A stretch of DNA of 64,000 nt from Candidatus Zipacnadum vermilionense. Lineage in GTDB: Bacteria; Armatimonadota; Zipacnadia; Zipacnadales; Zipacnadaceae. A program made the translations under genes and the position numbers. Positions 8,438-17,842 of this stretch are shown in pieces (within the stretch, counting starts at the first letter, position 1; each line of letters begins with the position of its first letter). The notes beneath the pieces are model-generated. The model searched no databases. It was given only the letters and a program-made list of their open reading frames with translations, and was not told where the DNA came from. The stretch is taken from assembly GCA_029821755.1 (NCBI GenBank), contig JALGSV010000006.1, positions 42,018 to 106,017 on the forward strand, written 5' to 3'.

Positions 8438-10588
8438 ATGCGCAGGATCCGCTTACTCAGCGGCTCGGTCATTTTCCACTTCGTCATCCTCAGCTTTCTC
8501 CTCACTTGTGTGATCCCGCCCGGGGCGTGGGCTATGCCCACCATCACCATCACCAACCCCGACGTGGACGGTGAGGGTAACGCCACGGTGTGGGGCGAGA
8601 CTACGGTGGACGTGGCCTACCGCGGGGACCGCGGGGCCAAGGTCATCAAGATCATCCTCTACGTGGACGGCAGTCCGCGCAAGGAGATCAAGCTCAACCC
8701 GCCCCAGGCGCAGGGGCAGCTTTCCTTCCCCTTCGACTTCAATTTGGCCACCGGCCAGACCCACGTGATCGCTGCTAAAGCCATAGACGCCACTGGCGGC
8801 GAGAACAGCATCACCGTCAACGTGCGGGTGCAGAAGGCCGGGGTGGGCGGCTCAGCTGCCGACAAGATGCCACCCACCATTCGCATCTTCTACCCCGCGC
8901 ACGGCACACAGGTTGATGGCATCATCCGCCTGAAGGCCGAGGGCCAGGACAACATCGGCATCACTAGCGTGGTCTTCTATGTCGACGGCAAGCTGCACAC
9001 CATGCTGGTCAACGCCCCGCCCTGGGAGACGGAGCTTAACTCCAGGAAACTTGCCGATGGCCTGCACACAATTGGCGCCTCCGCCGCCGATGCGGCCGGC
9101 AACGAGGGCAGATCAGCTGAGATCACCATCATCGTACAGAACAAGCCGCTGCCGCTACCGGGGATGCCGACGACTATCGAGAATGGGGGCGAGCCCGGGA
9201 CCATCGTCGTAGGGGGCCCCGGCGGGACGCAGCCCGGAAGCGAGACGCCGCCGGTAATCGACTATCCCCAACCGACCCCCGCGTTCACCTCACTGCCCGG
9301 CGAGGCAGCTCCGGCCCCCCGGTTCTCGGATAGCGCCGGGATGCTGATCGCCTCGGCCCCAATGGGGTTGGCGGGCATTGATGCGGGGTACCGCATCGCT
9401 ACGCCCGAACGCGCAGTCGCGGGGACTTTCCTGCCTGGAGCGCCCGGTCTGACCGCGGTGACTCCGCCGAGCCCGATCATCACGCCTCTTCCCACACACG
9501 TAGGCCCCGGACCGGCGCTGCCACGAGTGACTACGCCGCCAGTCGGTCCGCGCACCTCTACTCCCGGCGGGCATTTGGCCTCGGGGCCCGGGCTGACGGC
9601 GCCCAGCGCAACCGGCCCCGGCCTGACCCCCGCTCGCACCGCGACGCCGCCCAGCCAAGTCGCCTACCGGTCTCCCGCTACGTCCACCGTAGCCCCGAGC
9701 ACCGCGGCAGTCGCCTCCTCGTCCGACATGGTGGAAATGCTCCGGGATCCGCTGCAGTTCGCGGGGAGCGCTCCGCTCGCCCCGGCCCGCACCGTCGTTC
9801 CGTCCGGTGAGACGAGCGTGGCGATGCTGACCCCGGTGCCCGCGACCACCGTGCCGGGAGGCGTGGGCGCCGCCGCGACACCCTCTTACGGCGCGCAGAC
9901 TGCCTGGGATCCAGCCGGGGGCACACCCGCCCTGACCATCTGCCCCGCGCTCAACGGCCGGCCGCCAGAGGAGACCGGGGTAGCGATGGCTACGTCGTTC
10001 ACGCCGGTGCCCACCGCGGTACCGCCCGCGCTGGGGGTAGCCACTATGACCTCCGGGCTGGGGCTGCAGCCGACGGCGACCCCCTCCCCGGGCGCGACTC
10101 TTTCCGGCAGGCGCATCGGCATTCCGGAGCGCGTGGCTCTGACCCCCCGCATGCAGGCGCCGCCAGCCTCGGCAGCGACCGGCCACGAGTCGGCAATCTC
10201 CGACAACGTGCCGGCAGCTATTGCCCACATCCGCAACATCAAGGTTGTGTTCAACGGCCAGCAACTGGACCTGCGCACCCTCCCGGCGATGCAGCAGGGC
10301 ATCTCCATGACGCCGCTGCGCGAGGTCTTCGAGCACACCAACGGCGTGCTGTACTGGTACCCGCAGGAGAAACGCGTCGAGGCCAAGAGCGACCAGATGA
10401 ACGTCAAGCTGCAGATCGGCAACCCGCAGGCACAGGTCAACGGCGAGGCCCAGACGCTGTCGCTAGCGCCATACATCAAGCAGGGCCGGACCATGGTGCC
10501 GCTGCAGTTCGTGGCCGATACTTTGAACGTGACCATCACCTTCAACCCCGACACGGGGCAGATCGTGATCAGCAGCAACGAGTTCTAA
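8438..10588 (+). CDS. Secreted protein: two Ig-like (Big) domains, long Pro/Thr/Ala linker, C-terminal copper amine oxidase N-terminal (stalk) domain
   Basis: SD GGAGG and signal peptide; VVFYVDG...ADGLHTI...DAAGN Ig motif; C-terminal APYIKQGRTMVPLQFVADTL stalk motif. Confidence 0.8.
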   Translation: MRRIRLLSGSVIFHFVILSFLLTCVIPPGAWAMPTITITNPDVDGEGNATVWGETTVDVAYRGDRGAKVIKIILYVDGSPRKEIKLNPPQAQGQLSFPFDFNLATGQTHVIAAKAIDATGGENSITVNVRVQKAGVGGSAADKMPPTIRIFYPAHGTQVDGIIRLKAEGQDNIGITSVVFYVDGKLHTMLVNAPPWETELNSRKLADGLHTIGASAADAAGNEGRSAEITIIVQNKPLPLPGMPTTIENGGEPGTIVVGGPGGTQPGSETPPVIDYPQPTPAFTSLPGEAAPAPRFSDSAGMLIASAPMGLAGIDAGYRIATPERAVAGTFLPGAPGLTAVTPPSPIITPLPTHVGPGPALPRVTTPPVGPRTSTPGGHLASGPGLTAPSATGPGLTPARTATPPSQVAYRSPATSTVAPSTAAVASSSDMVEMLRDPLQFAGSAPLAPARTVVPSGETSVAMLTPVPATTVPGGVGAAATPSYGAQTAWDPAGGTPALTICPALNGRPPEETGVAMATSFTPVPTAVPPALGVATMTSGLGLQPTATPSPGATLSGRRIGIPERVALTPRMQAPPASAATGHESAISDNVPAAIAHIRNIKVVFNGQQLDLRTLPAMQQGISMTPLREVFEHTNGVLYWYPQEKRVEAKSDQMNVKLQIGNPQAQVNGEAQTLSLAPYIKQGRTMVPLQFVADTLNVTITFNPDTGQIVISSNEF

Positions 10589-10644
10589 CCACTGCGCGCT
10601 CCGGGGGCACAGGCGAACGCAGCCACTCCCGCACCGGGCGGCAA

Positions 10645-10752
10645 TGTGGTACAATGCACAGTAGAGGCACAGACAGCCTGAGCGGAGCGCCGGGCTGTTT
10701 TGTGCTATGTCGGGCCGAGAGGCCCAGCGCAGCAAAGGGAGCGATCGCGCAC
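10645..10752 (+). promoter_or_regulatory. Extended -10 promoter (TGTGGTACAAT) and structured lysA leader
   Basis: Hairpins GCACAGACAGCCTG/CGGGCTGTTTTGTGC and GGGCC-GAGA-GGCCC lie between the -10 box and the lysA ATG. Confidence 0.45.
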
Positions 10753-12087
10753 ATGGGGGCCTACCAACCCCTGCTATTCGGGACCCAGCGGATCAATGAG
10801 GCCGGGCATCTGGAGATCGGCGGCTGCGATAGCGTGGAACTGGCCGAGCGGTTCGACACGCCGTTGTACGTGCTGGACGAGCAGCATGTGCGGGAGCGCT
10901 GCCGCTTGTATCTGAGCGCCTTCCGCTCGCGCCTGCCGCAGGTGGAGATCGCCTACGCCGGTAAGGCCCTGCTCACCAAGGCCGTCTGCCGGATCGTGGA
11001 GCAGGAGGACCTGGCGCTGGACACGGCCTCCGCCGGAGAGCTATACACCGCCCGGCAGGCCGGCTTCCCCGCCGAGCGCATCAAGCTGCACGGAAACTTC
11101 AAGTCGGATGGGGAGCTGCTAATGGCCCTGCGCGAGGGCGTGGGCCGCATCGTGGTAGATAGCCTCACCGAGATCGAACGCCTCTCCCGCCTGGCCCAGG
11201 AAGAAGGGAAGGAGGCGCAGATCCTCCTACGCGTGGCGCCGGGGATAAAGACGCAGACGCACACCTTCATCCAGACCGGACAACTCGACAGCAAGTTTGG
11301 GCTGAGCTTGTCCACCAGCGCGGCCCGCGAGGGCGTGCGCATGGCGCTGAGCCTGCCGGGGATTAAGCTGCAGGGCCTGCACTCGCACATCGGCTCGCAG
11401 CTCTTCGGACTGGACTGCTTCCAGAAGGGCTCGGAGCTGATGGTGGAGTTCATGGCCAGCCTGCGGGAGGAGTTCGGCGTGGTGCTGGAGGAGCTGGACC
11501 TGGGTGGTGGCCTGGGCATTTCCTACACCAGCGAGGATACCCCGCCCACCATTGAGGAGCTGGCGGACGTCATCGTCGGCGGCCTCGAGCGGGCCTGCGC
11601 GCAGTTCAACTACCCGCGGCCGCGACTGATTCTGGAGCCGGGCCGATCCATCGTCGGCACGGCGGGGACGACGCTGTACCGCGTGGGGCCGGTGAAGGAC
11701 ATCCCCGGCGTGCGCACCTACGTCGCCGTGAACGGCGGTCTGTCGGACAACCCCCGCCCGGCGCTGTACGACGCGGAGTACATGGCGCTGGTGGCCAACA
11801 AGGCCGACCAGACCCCCACCCAGGCGGTGCGCGTGGCCGGCAAGCATTGCGAGACCGATACGCTGCTGGCTGAGGTGACCATCCAGCCGGTGCAAGAAGG
11901 CGACATACTGGCCGTCTTCTCCACCGGTGCGTACAACTACGCTATGGCCTCCAACTACAACCGCTTCTGCCGCCCGGCCATGGTCCTGGTCAACGAGGGG
12001 CAGGCGGAGGTCATCGTCGCCCGCGAGACGCTGGACGATCTGGTGGCCCAGGACGTAGTGCCGGCCAGACTGAGGGGGGCGAGTTGA
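10753..12087 (+). CDS. lysA: Diaminopimelate decarboxylase
   Basis: TPLYV, YAGKA (PLP Lys), HGNFKS, SKFG, HIGSQ, LDLGGG, EPGRS, HCE and GAYNYAMASNYN motifs. Confidence 0.96.
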   Translation: MGAYQPLLFGTQRINEAGHLEIGGCDSVELAERFDTPLYVLDEQHVRERCRLYLSAFRSRLPQVEIAYAGKALLTKAVCRIVEQEDLALDTASAGELYTARQAGFPAERIKLHGNFKSDGELLMALREGVGRIVVDSLTEIERLSRLAQEEGKEAQILLRVAPGIKTQTHTFIQTGQLDSKFGLSLSTSAAREGVRMALSLPGIKLQGLHSHIGSQLFGLDCFQKGSELMVEFMASLREEFGVVLEELDLGGGLGISYTSEDTPPTIEELADVIVGGLERACAQFNYPRPRLILEPGRSIVGTAGTTLYRVGPVKDIPGVRTYVAVNGGLSDNPRPALYDAEYMALVANKADQTPTQAVRVAGKHCETDTLLAEVTIQPVQEGDILAVFSTGAYNYAMASNYNRFCRPAMVLVNEGQAEVIVARETLDDLVAQDVVPARLRGAS

Positions 12088-12088
12088 G

Positions 12089-12199
12089 AATCGCTAATCG
12101 ATAGATGCTAGACGATAAATGGGAAACGGGGAGGGCCCATCAGCCGCTGCCGCCGGGCCGCCATTCATCATTTATCGATTATCGATTATCGATTATCGT
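12089..12199. repeat. Heptamer tandem repeats forming an imperfect inverted repeat
   Basis: TTATCGA x3 plus TTATCGT at 12172-12199 pairs with the 7-periodic AATCGCT AATCGAT AGATGCT AGACGAT AAATG at 12089-12121. Confidence 0.75.
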
Positions 12200-12208
12200 T
12201 TCCGCGCT

Positions 12209-12856
12209 ATGGGACTAATCAGCGCTCTTTTCAGCGGTGACCTCGTCTGGGTATTCTCCATTGTCATTGGCGTAGCCATCGCCCTGACCGTGCACGAGTT
12301 TGCGCACGCCAAGATCGCCGACTGGGCCGGGGACCCAACGCCCCGGAGCCAGGGGCGGGTCACGCTCAACCCGCTGGCGCACTATGACCCGATCGGCACC
12401 ACCCTGTTCCTGCTCTTCGGTCTCGGCTGGGGCAAGCCGGTGCAGATTAACCCCCAGAACTTTCGTCGTCCGCGCCAGGACGAAGTACTCGTCTCCCTCG
12501 GCGGCGCTGTCGCCAACCTGATCGTCGCCGCGATCTTCGGCACGTTGCTACGCTTCCACGTGGTCCCTGCCCAGTTCCTCGACCTGGCCTATTTTATCGT
12601 CATCCTCAACTGCGCCCTGGCCGTGTTCAACCTGATCCCGCTCTACCCGCTGGACGGCTCGCATGTGCTGGTCGGCCTCCTGCAAAGGCCCCAGGCCCGC
12701 CAGGTTGCCGCGTTCTACCAGCGGGCGGGAATGATGCCCCTGTTGGTTTTCATCGTGGTCAATCAGATGGTATCCAGGACGCTGAACGTGTCGGTGCTCT
12801 GGACTCCCATCGCCCTGCTCATCGGCCTACTTACCGGGTCGCCGTCCCATTTCTAG
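12209..12856 (+). CDS. Site-2 protease (peptidase M50) family membrane protein
   Basis: HEFAH, TLNPLAH, GWGKPV and NLIPLYPLDG motifs. Confidence 0.92.
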   Translation: MGLISALFSGDLVWVFSIVIGVAIALTVHEFAHAKIADWAGDPTPRSQGRVTLNPLAHYDPIGTTLFLLFGLGWGKPVQINPQNFRRPRQDEVLVSLGGAVANLIVAAIFGTLLRFHVVPAQFLDLAYFIVILNCALAVFNLIPLYPLDGSHVLVGLLQRPQARQVAAFYQRAGMMPLLVFIVVNQMVSRTLNVSVLWTPIALLIGLLTGSPSHF

Positions 12857-12879
12857 CTCCCCCCCAGGAGGCCTCGATC

Positions 12880-13965
12880 ATGGCTGACAACAGTCTGAGA
12901 AAAGCCGTTGTCTTGTGCGCCGGGGAGGGGACGCGCCTGCGGCCGCTGACCTTCTCCCGGCCCAAGCACCTGCTCCCCGTGGCGGGCAAGCCGCTGCTAG
13001 GATGGGCGTTGGAGTCGTTGGCAACGGCCGGCATTGAGGAAGTCGGACTGGTCGTCGGGCACCGGCCGGAGTCCATCCAGCGGTATGTCGGGGACGGGGC
13101 GGCGTTCGGGCTGGAGGCGACGTACCTCACCCAGCCCAAGCCCCTGGGCCTGGCCCACGCGGTGGACTCGGCCCGGGAGTTCATCGGCGAGAACGACTTT
13201 CTGCTGTACCTGGCTGACAACCTGCTGGAGAACGGCGTGGCGCCGCTGGTAGAGTTCTACGCCGCCCATCGGCCGGCCGCGGCGCTGTTTGCCAAGGAAG
13301 TCCCCGACCCCCGCGCCTACGGAGTGCTGGTTACCGAGGGGGCCCGGGTGACGCAGCTTCTGGAGAAGCCCCCCGATCCGCCCAGCAACCTAGCGATCGT
13401 GGGGGCCTATGCCTTTAGCCATACGATCATGCAGGCGATCAAGGAGACCCCGCCCTCGGCACGCGGCGAGTACGAAATTACCGACGCCATCCAACGGCTG
13501 GTGAGCAGCGGCCAGGAGGTGCTGGCCCTATGCGCGGAGGGCTTCTGGGAGGACGCCGGTCGCCCGGCGGAGTTGCTCAAGGCCAACCGGTTGTACTTGG
13601 ACCACATAGCTCCGGAGATCTTGGGCGATCTGGACGACCGCTGCAAGGTGGAGGGCCCGGTGCGCATGGGTCAGGGCACGCGGGCGGTCAACTGCCGCCT
13701 GATCGGGCCCTGCCTGATCGGGGCCAACTGCACCTTGCGCGACTCCACCATCGGCCCCCACGTCTCGGTCGACTCGGGCACCAGCATCACTGACAGCCGG
13801 GTGGAGGACTGCATCATCCAGCAGGACTGCCAGCTCCACCACCTGCGTAGCGGCCTGACCGACTCGGTACTGGGAGTGCAGGTAGAGGTCATCGGCCCGG
13901 AGAACAGCGCCGAGGCCCCGCTGCGCCTGCTGTTGGGGGATATGAGCAGCATAAGGGCGTTCTGA
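12880..13965 (+). CDS. rfbA: Glucose-1-phosphate thymidylyltransferase, long form
   Basis: LCAGEGTRLRPLT, PKHLLPV, EKP and SARGEYEITDA motifs; C-terminal hexapeptide-like region. Confidence 0.85.
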   Translation: MADNSLRKAVVLCAGEGTRLRPLTFSRPKHLLPVAGKPLLGWALESLATAGIEEVGLVVGHRPESIQRYVGDGAAFGLEATYLTQPKPLGLAHAVDSAREFIGENDFLLYLADNLLENGVAPLVEFYAAHRPAAALFAKEVPDPRAYGVLVTEGARVTQLLEKPPDPPSNLAIVGAYAFSHTIMQAIKETPPSARGEYEITDAIQRLVSSGQEVLALCAEGFWEDAGRPAELLKANRLYLDHIAPEILGDLDDRCKVEGPVRMGQGTRAVNCRLIGPCLIGANCTLRDSTIGPHVSVDSGTSITDSRVEDCIIQQDCQLHHLRSGLTDSVLGVQVEVIGPENSAEAPLRLLLGDMSSIRAF

Positions 13966-13990
13966 TCTCCGGCCTCGGGAGTCACCCGCC

Positions 13991-14019
13991 TTGCGTCCGA
14001 GTGGGAATGATAGTAGAAT
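13991..14019 (+). promoter_or_regulatory. Sigma70 promoter of the TA operon, TTGCGT-N17-TAGAAT
   Basis: Canonical spacing; places the antitoxin start at ATG 14042. Confidence 0.6.
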
Positions 14020-14041
14020 GGCGGAAAGAGAGGTGAGGGGT

Positions 14042-14296
14042 ATGCCAAGAGCCAAACTGTCGGAGAAAGGGCAGATTACCTTACCTGCTGCAATCCGACG
14101 AAAGATGGGTTGGACGGCGGGTCGGGAACTGCAAGTGGAGGTCAGCGAAAGCGAGGTCGTCATTCGTTCGCTCAAGACGCTGGATGAGTTGCAGGGCATA
14201 TTCCATGAATACGTCCGCAGCCGCAAGCCGCTCTCCCATGAAGAGGAGACTCGCTTGATGGAGCAGGCCGTGGCGGAGCATGTCGCCAATGAGTGA
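14042..14296 (+). CDS. AbrB/MazE-fold antitoxin (VapB-like)
   Basis: KLSEKGQITLPAAIRRKMGW motif; overlaps the PIN gene. Confidence 0.9.
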   Translation: MPRAKLSEKGQITLPAAIRRKMGWTAGRELQVEVSESEVVIRSLKTLDELQGIFHEYVRSRKPLSHEEETRLMEQAVAEHVANE

Positions 14297-14720
14297 ACCT
14301 GTCCCCGTCCTAACTGTGGACGCCAATGTCGTTCTGCGCCTGTTGCTCGAAGATGCCCCGGAGTTGACGGCAAAGGCACGCGCCCTCTGGGAGGCAGTGG
14401 CCAAGCGGAGGCTAACAGTGCGGTGGGATCCTGTCACTCTCTCCGAAGTGGTCTTCGTTCTGTCTTCCACCTATCGTTTGCCCAACGCGATGATCAGCGA
14501 CGGAGTCTTGCCCCTGGTACAGATGCCTAACGTGCTAATGGCGAACAAGGAGTGCTACGTTCAGGCCCTGAAGCTCTTCGCAAGGGACGTACCGCATTTC
14601 GGCGATGCCTGCCTTTGCGCGGCTGCGTTGGAGAGCTCTGAAGGGCGTATTCTCTCCTTCGACCGCAAGCTCTCCAAGGCACCCGGCATCATCCGCCTCG
14701 AAGACCTGCCCGACGAGTAG
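14289..14720 (+). CDS. PIN-domain toxin (VapC-like)
   Basis: Acidic catalytic set VDANV, SEV, GDA and SFD. Confidence 0.9.
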   Translation: MSEPVPVLTVDANVVLRLLLEDAPELTAKARALWEAVAKRRLTVRWDPVTLSEVVFVLSSTYRLPNAMISDGVLPLVQMPNVLMANKECYVQALKLFARDVPHFGDACLCAAALESSEGRILSFDRKLSKAPGIIRLEDLPDE

Positions 14721-14781
14721 CCGCCTACGCGTACCGAGTGAACCAGCCGGCGCCGGCTGGGAAGCTTGCGCTCCCGATCTT

Positions 14782-15570
14782 ATGCCGACTGCCTCCGCCC
14801 AATCCACCCCCACTTACAACGGCTACCCGGTCCAGATCCACCTCTTCACTGGGCCGCTGGACCTGCTACTGCACCTGGTCCGGCAGCATGAGGTGGACAT
14901 TTCGGAGGTGCCGGTGGCGAAGATCACCGGGCAGTTTCTGGGCTACCTGCGCACCATGCAGGAGATCAACATCGAGCTGAGCGGGGAGTTCCTGGTGACC
15001 GCCGCGGCGCTGGGGTATATCAAGTCGCGGGCGCTGCTGCCCCCGGAGCCGGAGACCGAGGAAATGGAGCCGGAGGACCCGGCGGTGCAACTCCAGCGGC
15101 GGCTGGCGCAATACCACGTCTACAAGGAAGCCGCCAACCGCCTGGAGGCGGCCAAACGGGTGCGCGAGCGCATATTCTTGCGGCCGTTGGAGGACGGCAC
15201 CGGGGTGGAGGCGGGGTTCGTCACCCTGGAGAACGTGTCGCTCTTTGACATGGTCGGAGCGGTGTATGACCTGCTCAAGCGCGCTGCGCCGGAGCCGGTG
15301 GGCCGGGTGCATCTTCCCCGGATCACTGTCCCCGACCGCATCGAGGAGGTCCTCCTGCGCCTGGACACGGAGGGGCGGGAGCTTACCTTCACGCAACTGG
15401 TCGGCGATCCGCCCACCCGCACGACCATCATCATCACCTTCCTGGCGCTGCTGGAGCTGATCCGTCGCAACGAGGTCGAGATGCACCAGAACGAGCCGCG
15501 AGGGGAAATCCTGGTGAAGAGGGCGGGAGCAGAGGCGGAAGGGCAAGTCGAGGCCCAGGACCAACAGTAG
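14782..15570 (+). CDS. scpA: Segregation and condensation protein A
   Basis: FTGPLDLLLHLV, EFLVTAAALGYIKSRALLP and TFLALLELIR motifs. Confidence 0.95.
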   Translation: MPTASAQSTPTYNGYPVQIHLFTGPLDLLLHLVRQHEVDISEVPVAKITGQFLGYLRTMQEINIELSGEFLVTAAALGYIKSRALLPPEPETEEMEPEDPAVQLQRRLAQYHVYKEAANRLEAAKRVRERIFLRPLEDGTGVEAGFVTLENVSLFDMVGAVYDLLKRAAPEPVGRVHLPRITVPDRIEEVLLRLDTEGRELTFTQLVGDPPTRTTIIITFLALLELIRRNEVEMHQNEPRGEILVKRAGAEAEGQVEAQDQQ

Positions 15571-15698
15571 CCCTCGCTTCGGGTGCCTTGGCAGCTGCCG
15601 CTCCCGGCGCCGTTCAGCTTGACTCCTCCCTCCCCTTCCGGGTATCATTAGCTACGCTTCGGGGCTCAGCGTTGTAGCACTATTCACCGTTCATCGAC

Positions 15699-16298
15699 AT
15701 GGAAGAAGCCACTCTGGACCTGTGCGCCGCCGCCGAGTGTGTGCTTTTCGTTAGCCGCGAGCCGGTCCCGACCGGGCGGCTGGCGGAGTGCCTCGGTGTC
15801 CCCGCAGAACGCATCCCGCCGCTGATGGAAGAACTGGGCGCGCGCCTGGACGGACACGGCCTGTATGTGCTGCTGCTCGCCGGCGGGTACTCCCTGGCCA
15901 CCCGCGAGCAGTATGGCGAGGTGGTGCGCGTCTTCCTGGAACCCAAGCCGGAGGAGCTCTCCCGGCAGGCCCTGGAGACCCTCGCTATCATCGCCTACCG
16001 GCAGCCGATCACCCGCCCGCAGATTGAGGCGGTGCGCGGGGTCAACTCCGCCGGGGCCGTGCGGACGCTGCTGGAAAAGGGCATGATCCGCACTGCGGGC
16101 CGGGAGAAGGTCCCCGGCCGGCCCTTCATCTTCGTCACTACCAACGAATTCCTGTCGCTTTTCGGTCTCGGCGGGTTGGAGGATCTGCCGCCCCTGAGTG
16201 ACGACGCCGCGGAGACACTCGCGAAGTCGCTCGCCCACGGGCAGCAGGAGGGGGAATTCGCCTCGGAGGAGGAAGCGCCATTCGAGTTCCACGCTTGA
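15699..16298 (+). CDS. scpB: Segregation and condensation protein B
   Basis: LSRQALETLAIIAYRQPITRPQIEAVRGV and FLSLFGL motifs; a promoter-like TTGACT-N18-TATCAT lies at 15619-15648. Confidence 0.95.
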   Translation: MEEATLDLCAAAECVLFVSREPVPTGRLAECLGVPAERIPPLMEELGARLDGHGLYVLLLAGGYSLATREQYGEVVRVFLEPKPEELSRQALETLAIIAYRQPITRPQIEAVRGVNSAGAVRTLLEKGMIRTAGREKVPGRPFIFVTTNEFLSLFGLGGLEDLPPLSDDAAETLAKSLAHGQQEGEFASEEEAPFEFHA

Positions 16299-17842
16299 CC
16301 GCAGCGCGTTCCGCGCTGTTGGCGCGAGCCCCGCTGTTGGCGTCGGTCGCGGGGTTGTCGCTGACCACGCTGGCCCTCACCGCCGCCCTCGCCACGCCGC
16401 CGAGTCTGACGCGGGACCACCCGCCGGCCCCGCCGCGGACGCCCGCCGCGCGCTCTCCCGCACCCCAACCTGCGGCTACTCCCGCCGCGGCCAAACCGCC
16501 CACCGAGGAGACCCGCGTTCCGCAGACGGTGCCCGGCCCTCCCCCGCCTCCCGGCATCCGCGGGCAGTGCGCCGTGCTCATGGACCCGCTCTCCGGACAG
16601 GTGCTGTGCACGCTCAACCCCGAGCAGCGTATGTTCCCCGCCAGCCTGACCAAGATGATGACCTGCATACTTGCGGCCGAGCGTCTGCGGCCGGACGACT
16701 ATGTGATCGTCGCCGGCGAGGCCGCGGCTGTCGGTGAGACCAGCCTATCACTCAAGGCCGGGCAGAAGGTGACAGTCCGCGATCTGCTGACCGGAGCGAT
16801 TCTGAAGTCCGCCAACGACGCGGCGGCGGCCCTGGCCTGCGCGGTAGCGGGCTCCCAGGCAGCTTTCGCCATGTTGATGAACCAGAGGACCACCGAGTTG
16901 GGCCTGCGCAATACCCGCTTCCGCAATCCGCATGGCCTGCACAACGCGAGCCACTACACCACCGCGGCGGACCTGGCGGTCATCGCCCGCTGCTTCTGGA
17001 TGCACCGCCTGCTACGCAACATTACGGCTCAGCGGGAGGCAAGTCTGCCCAGCCTGCCGGTCGAGCAGGGCAACAGTGTGTGGAACCACAACCGGCTGGT
17101 GTTACGCTGGAACGAATGCACCGGCCTCAAGGCGGGCTACACCAAGCAAGCCGGAAACTGCCTGGCCTCCAGCGCCCGACGGGGCGGTTGGGACCTGATC
17201 TGCGTGGTGCTGAAAAGCTCCGACGTCTGGGACGACAGCAAGCAGCTCTTGGAGTGGGGATTTACCAACTTCAGGCGGATGACCCCGCCGGCAAGGGCGC
17301 AGGGCTGTCAAGTGCGGGTGGGGAACGGGGAGCAAGACTACCTGCCGGCGGCGATCGGCGGCTCAGCGACGCTGGTGGTACCGCGCAACACACCGAACGC
17401 CTGGCAACTGCAACTGTACCCGGAAGACCAGCAGGCCCCGGTGCGAGAGGGGCAGACGGTAGGCTGCGCGGTGGTGCGCATACCGGGCCAGCTGGAGCGG
17501 CGCCTGCCGCTGGTGGCGTTGGCAGCGGTAGCGGCCAAACCGAAGCCGCTGCCGCGCGGGGCGGGGCTCTGGGGACTGCTGCTGATGTCGGGGGCGGTGC
17601 TACTGTATGGAACGGCTACCAAAACTCTTGGCGCGCGCCGGGCTCGGGTCCCGCCGGGCCAGCGAGCGGCTTATCGCGGAGGGCCGCGTAACGGTGAACG
17701 GGGAGGTAGCCGCCGGCCCGTCTCTACAGGTCGACCCCGCGCGCAGCGTGGTGCGGCTGGACGGGCGGCTGGTCCGCGTACCCACCGCGCACCGATACGT
17801 CCTCCTGAACAAGCCCCCCGGCCTCCTGACCGCCCGGCGTGA
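16295..17842 (+). CDS. D-alanyl-D-alanine carboxypeptidase (peptidase S11)
   Basis: PASLTK (SxxK), SAN (SxN), NPHGL and KAG (KTG-like) motifs; C-terminal TM helix, then a tail overlapping rluB. Confidence 0.9.
   Translation: MTAARSALLARAPLLASVAGLSLTTLALTAALATPPSLTRDHPPAPPRTPAARSPAPQPAATPAAAKPPTEETRVPQTVPGPPPPPGIRGQCAVLMDPLSGQVLCTLNPEQRMFPASLTKMMTCILAAERLRPDDYVIVAGEAAAVGETSLSLKAGQKVTVRDLLTGAILKSANDAAAALACAVAGSQAAFAMLMNQRTTELGLRNTRFRNPHGLHNASHYTTAADLAVIARCFWMHRLLRNITAQREASLPSLPVEQGNSVWNHNRLVLRWNECTGLKAGYTKQAGNCLASSARRGGWDLICVVLKSSDVWDDSKQLLEWGFTNFRRMTPPARAQGCQVRVGNGEQDYLPAAIGGSATLVVPRNTPNAWQLQLYPEDQQAPVREGQTVGCAVVRIPGQLERRLPLVALAAVAAKPKPLPRGAGLWGLLLMSGAVLLYGTATKTLGARRARVPPGQRAAYRGGPRNGERGGSRRPVSTGRPRAQRGAAGRAAGPRTHRAPIRPPEQAPRPPDRPA

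Noticed and set aside
10661-10752. Canonical lysine riboswitch
   Set aside because: Too short and lacking the multi-stem architecture; kept only as a structured leader.
12089-12199. CRISPR array
   Set aside because: 7-nt tandem units without spacers and no cas genes; no CRISPR-like repeat-spacer pattern was seen anywhere in the window.
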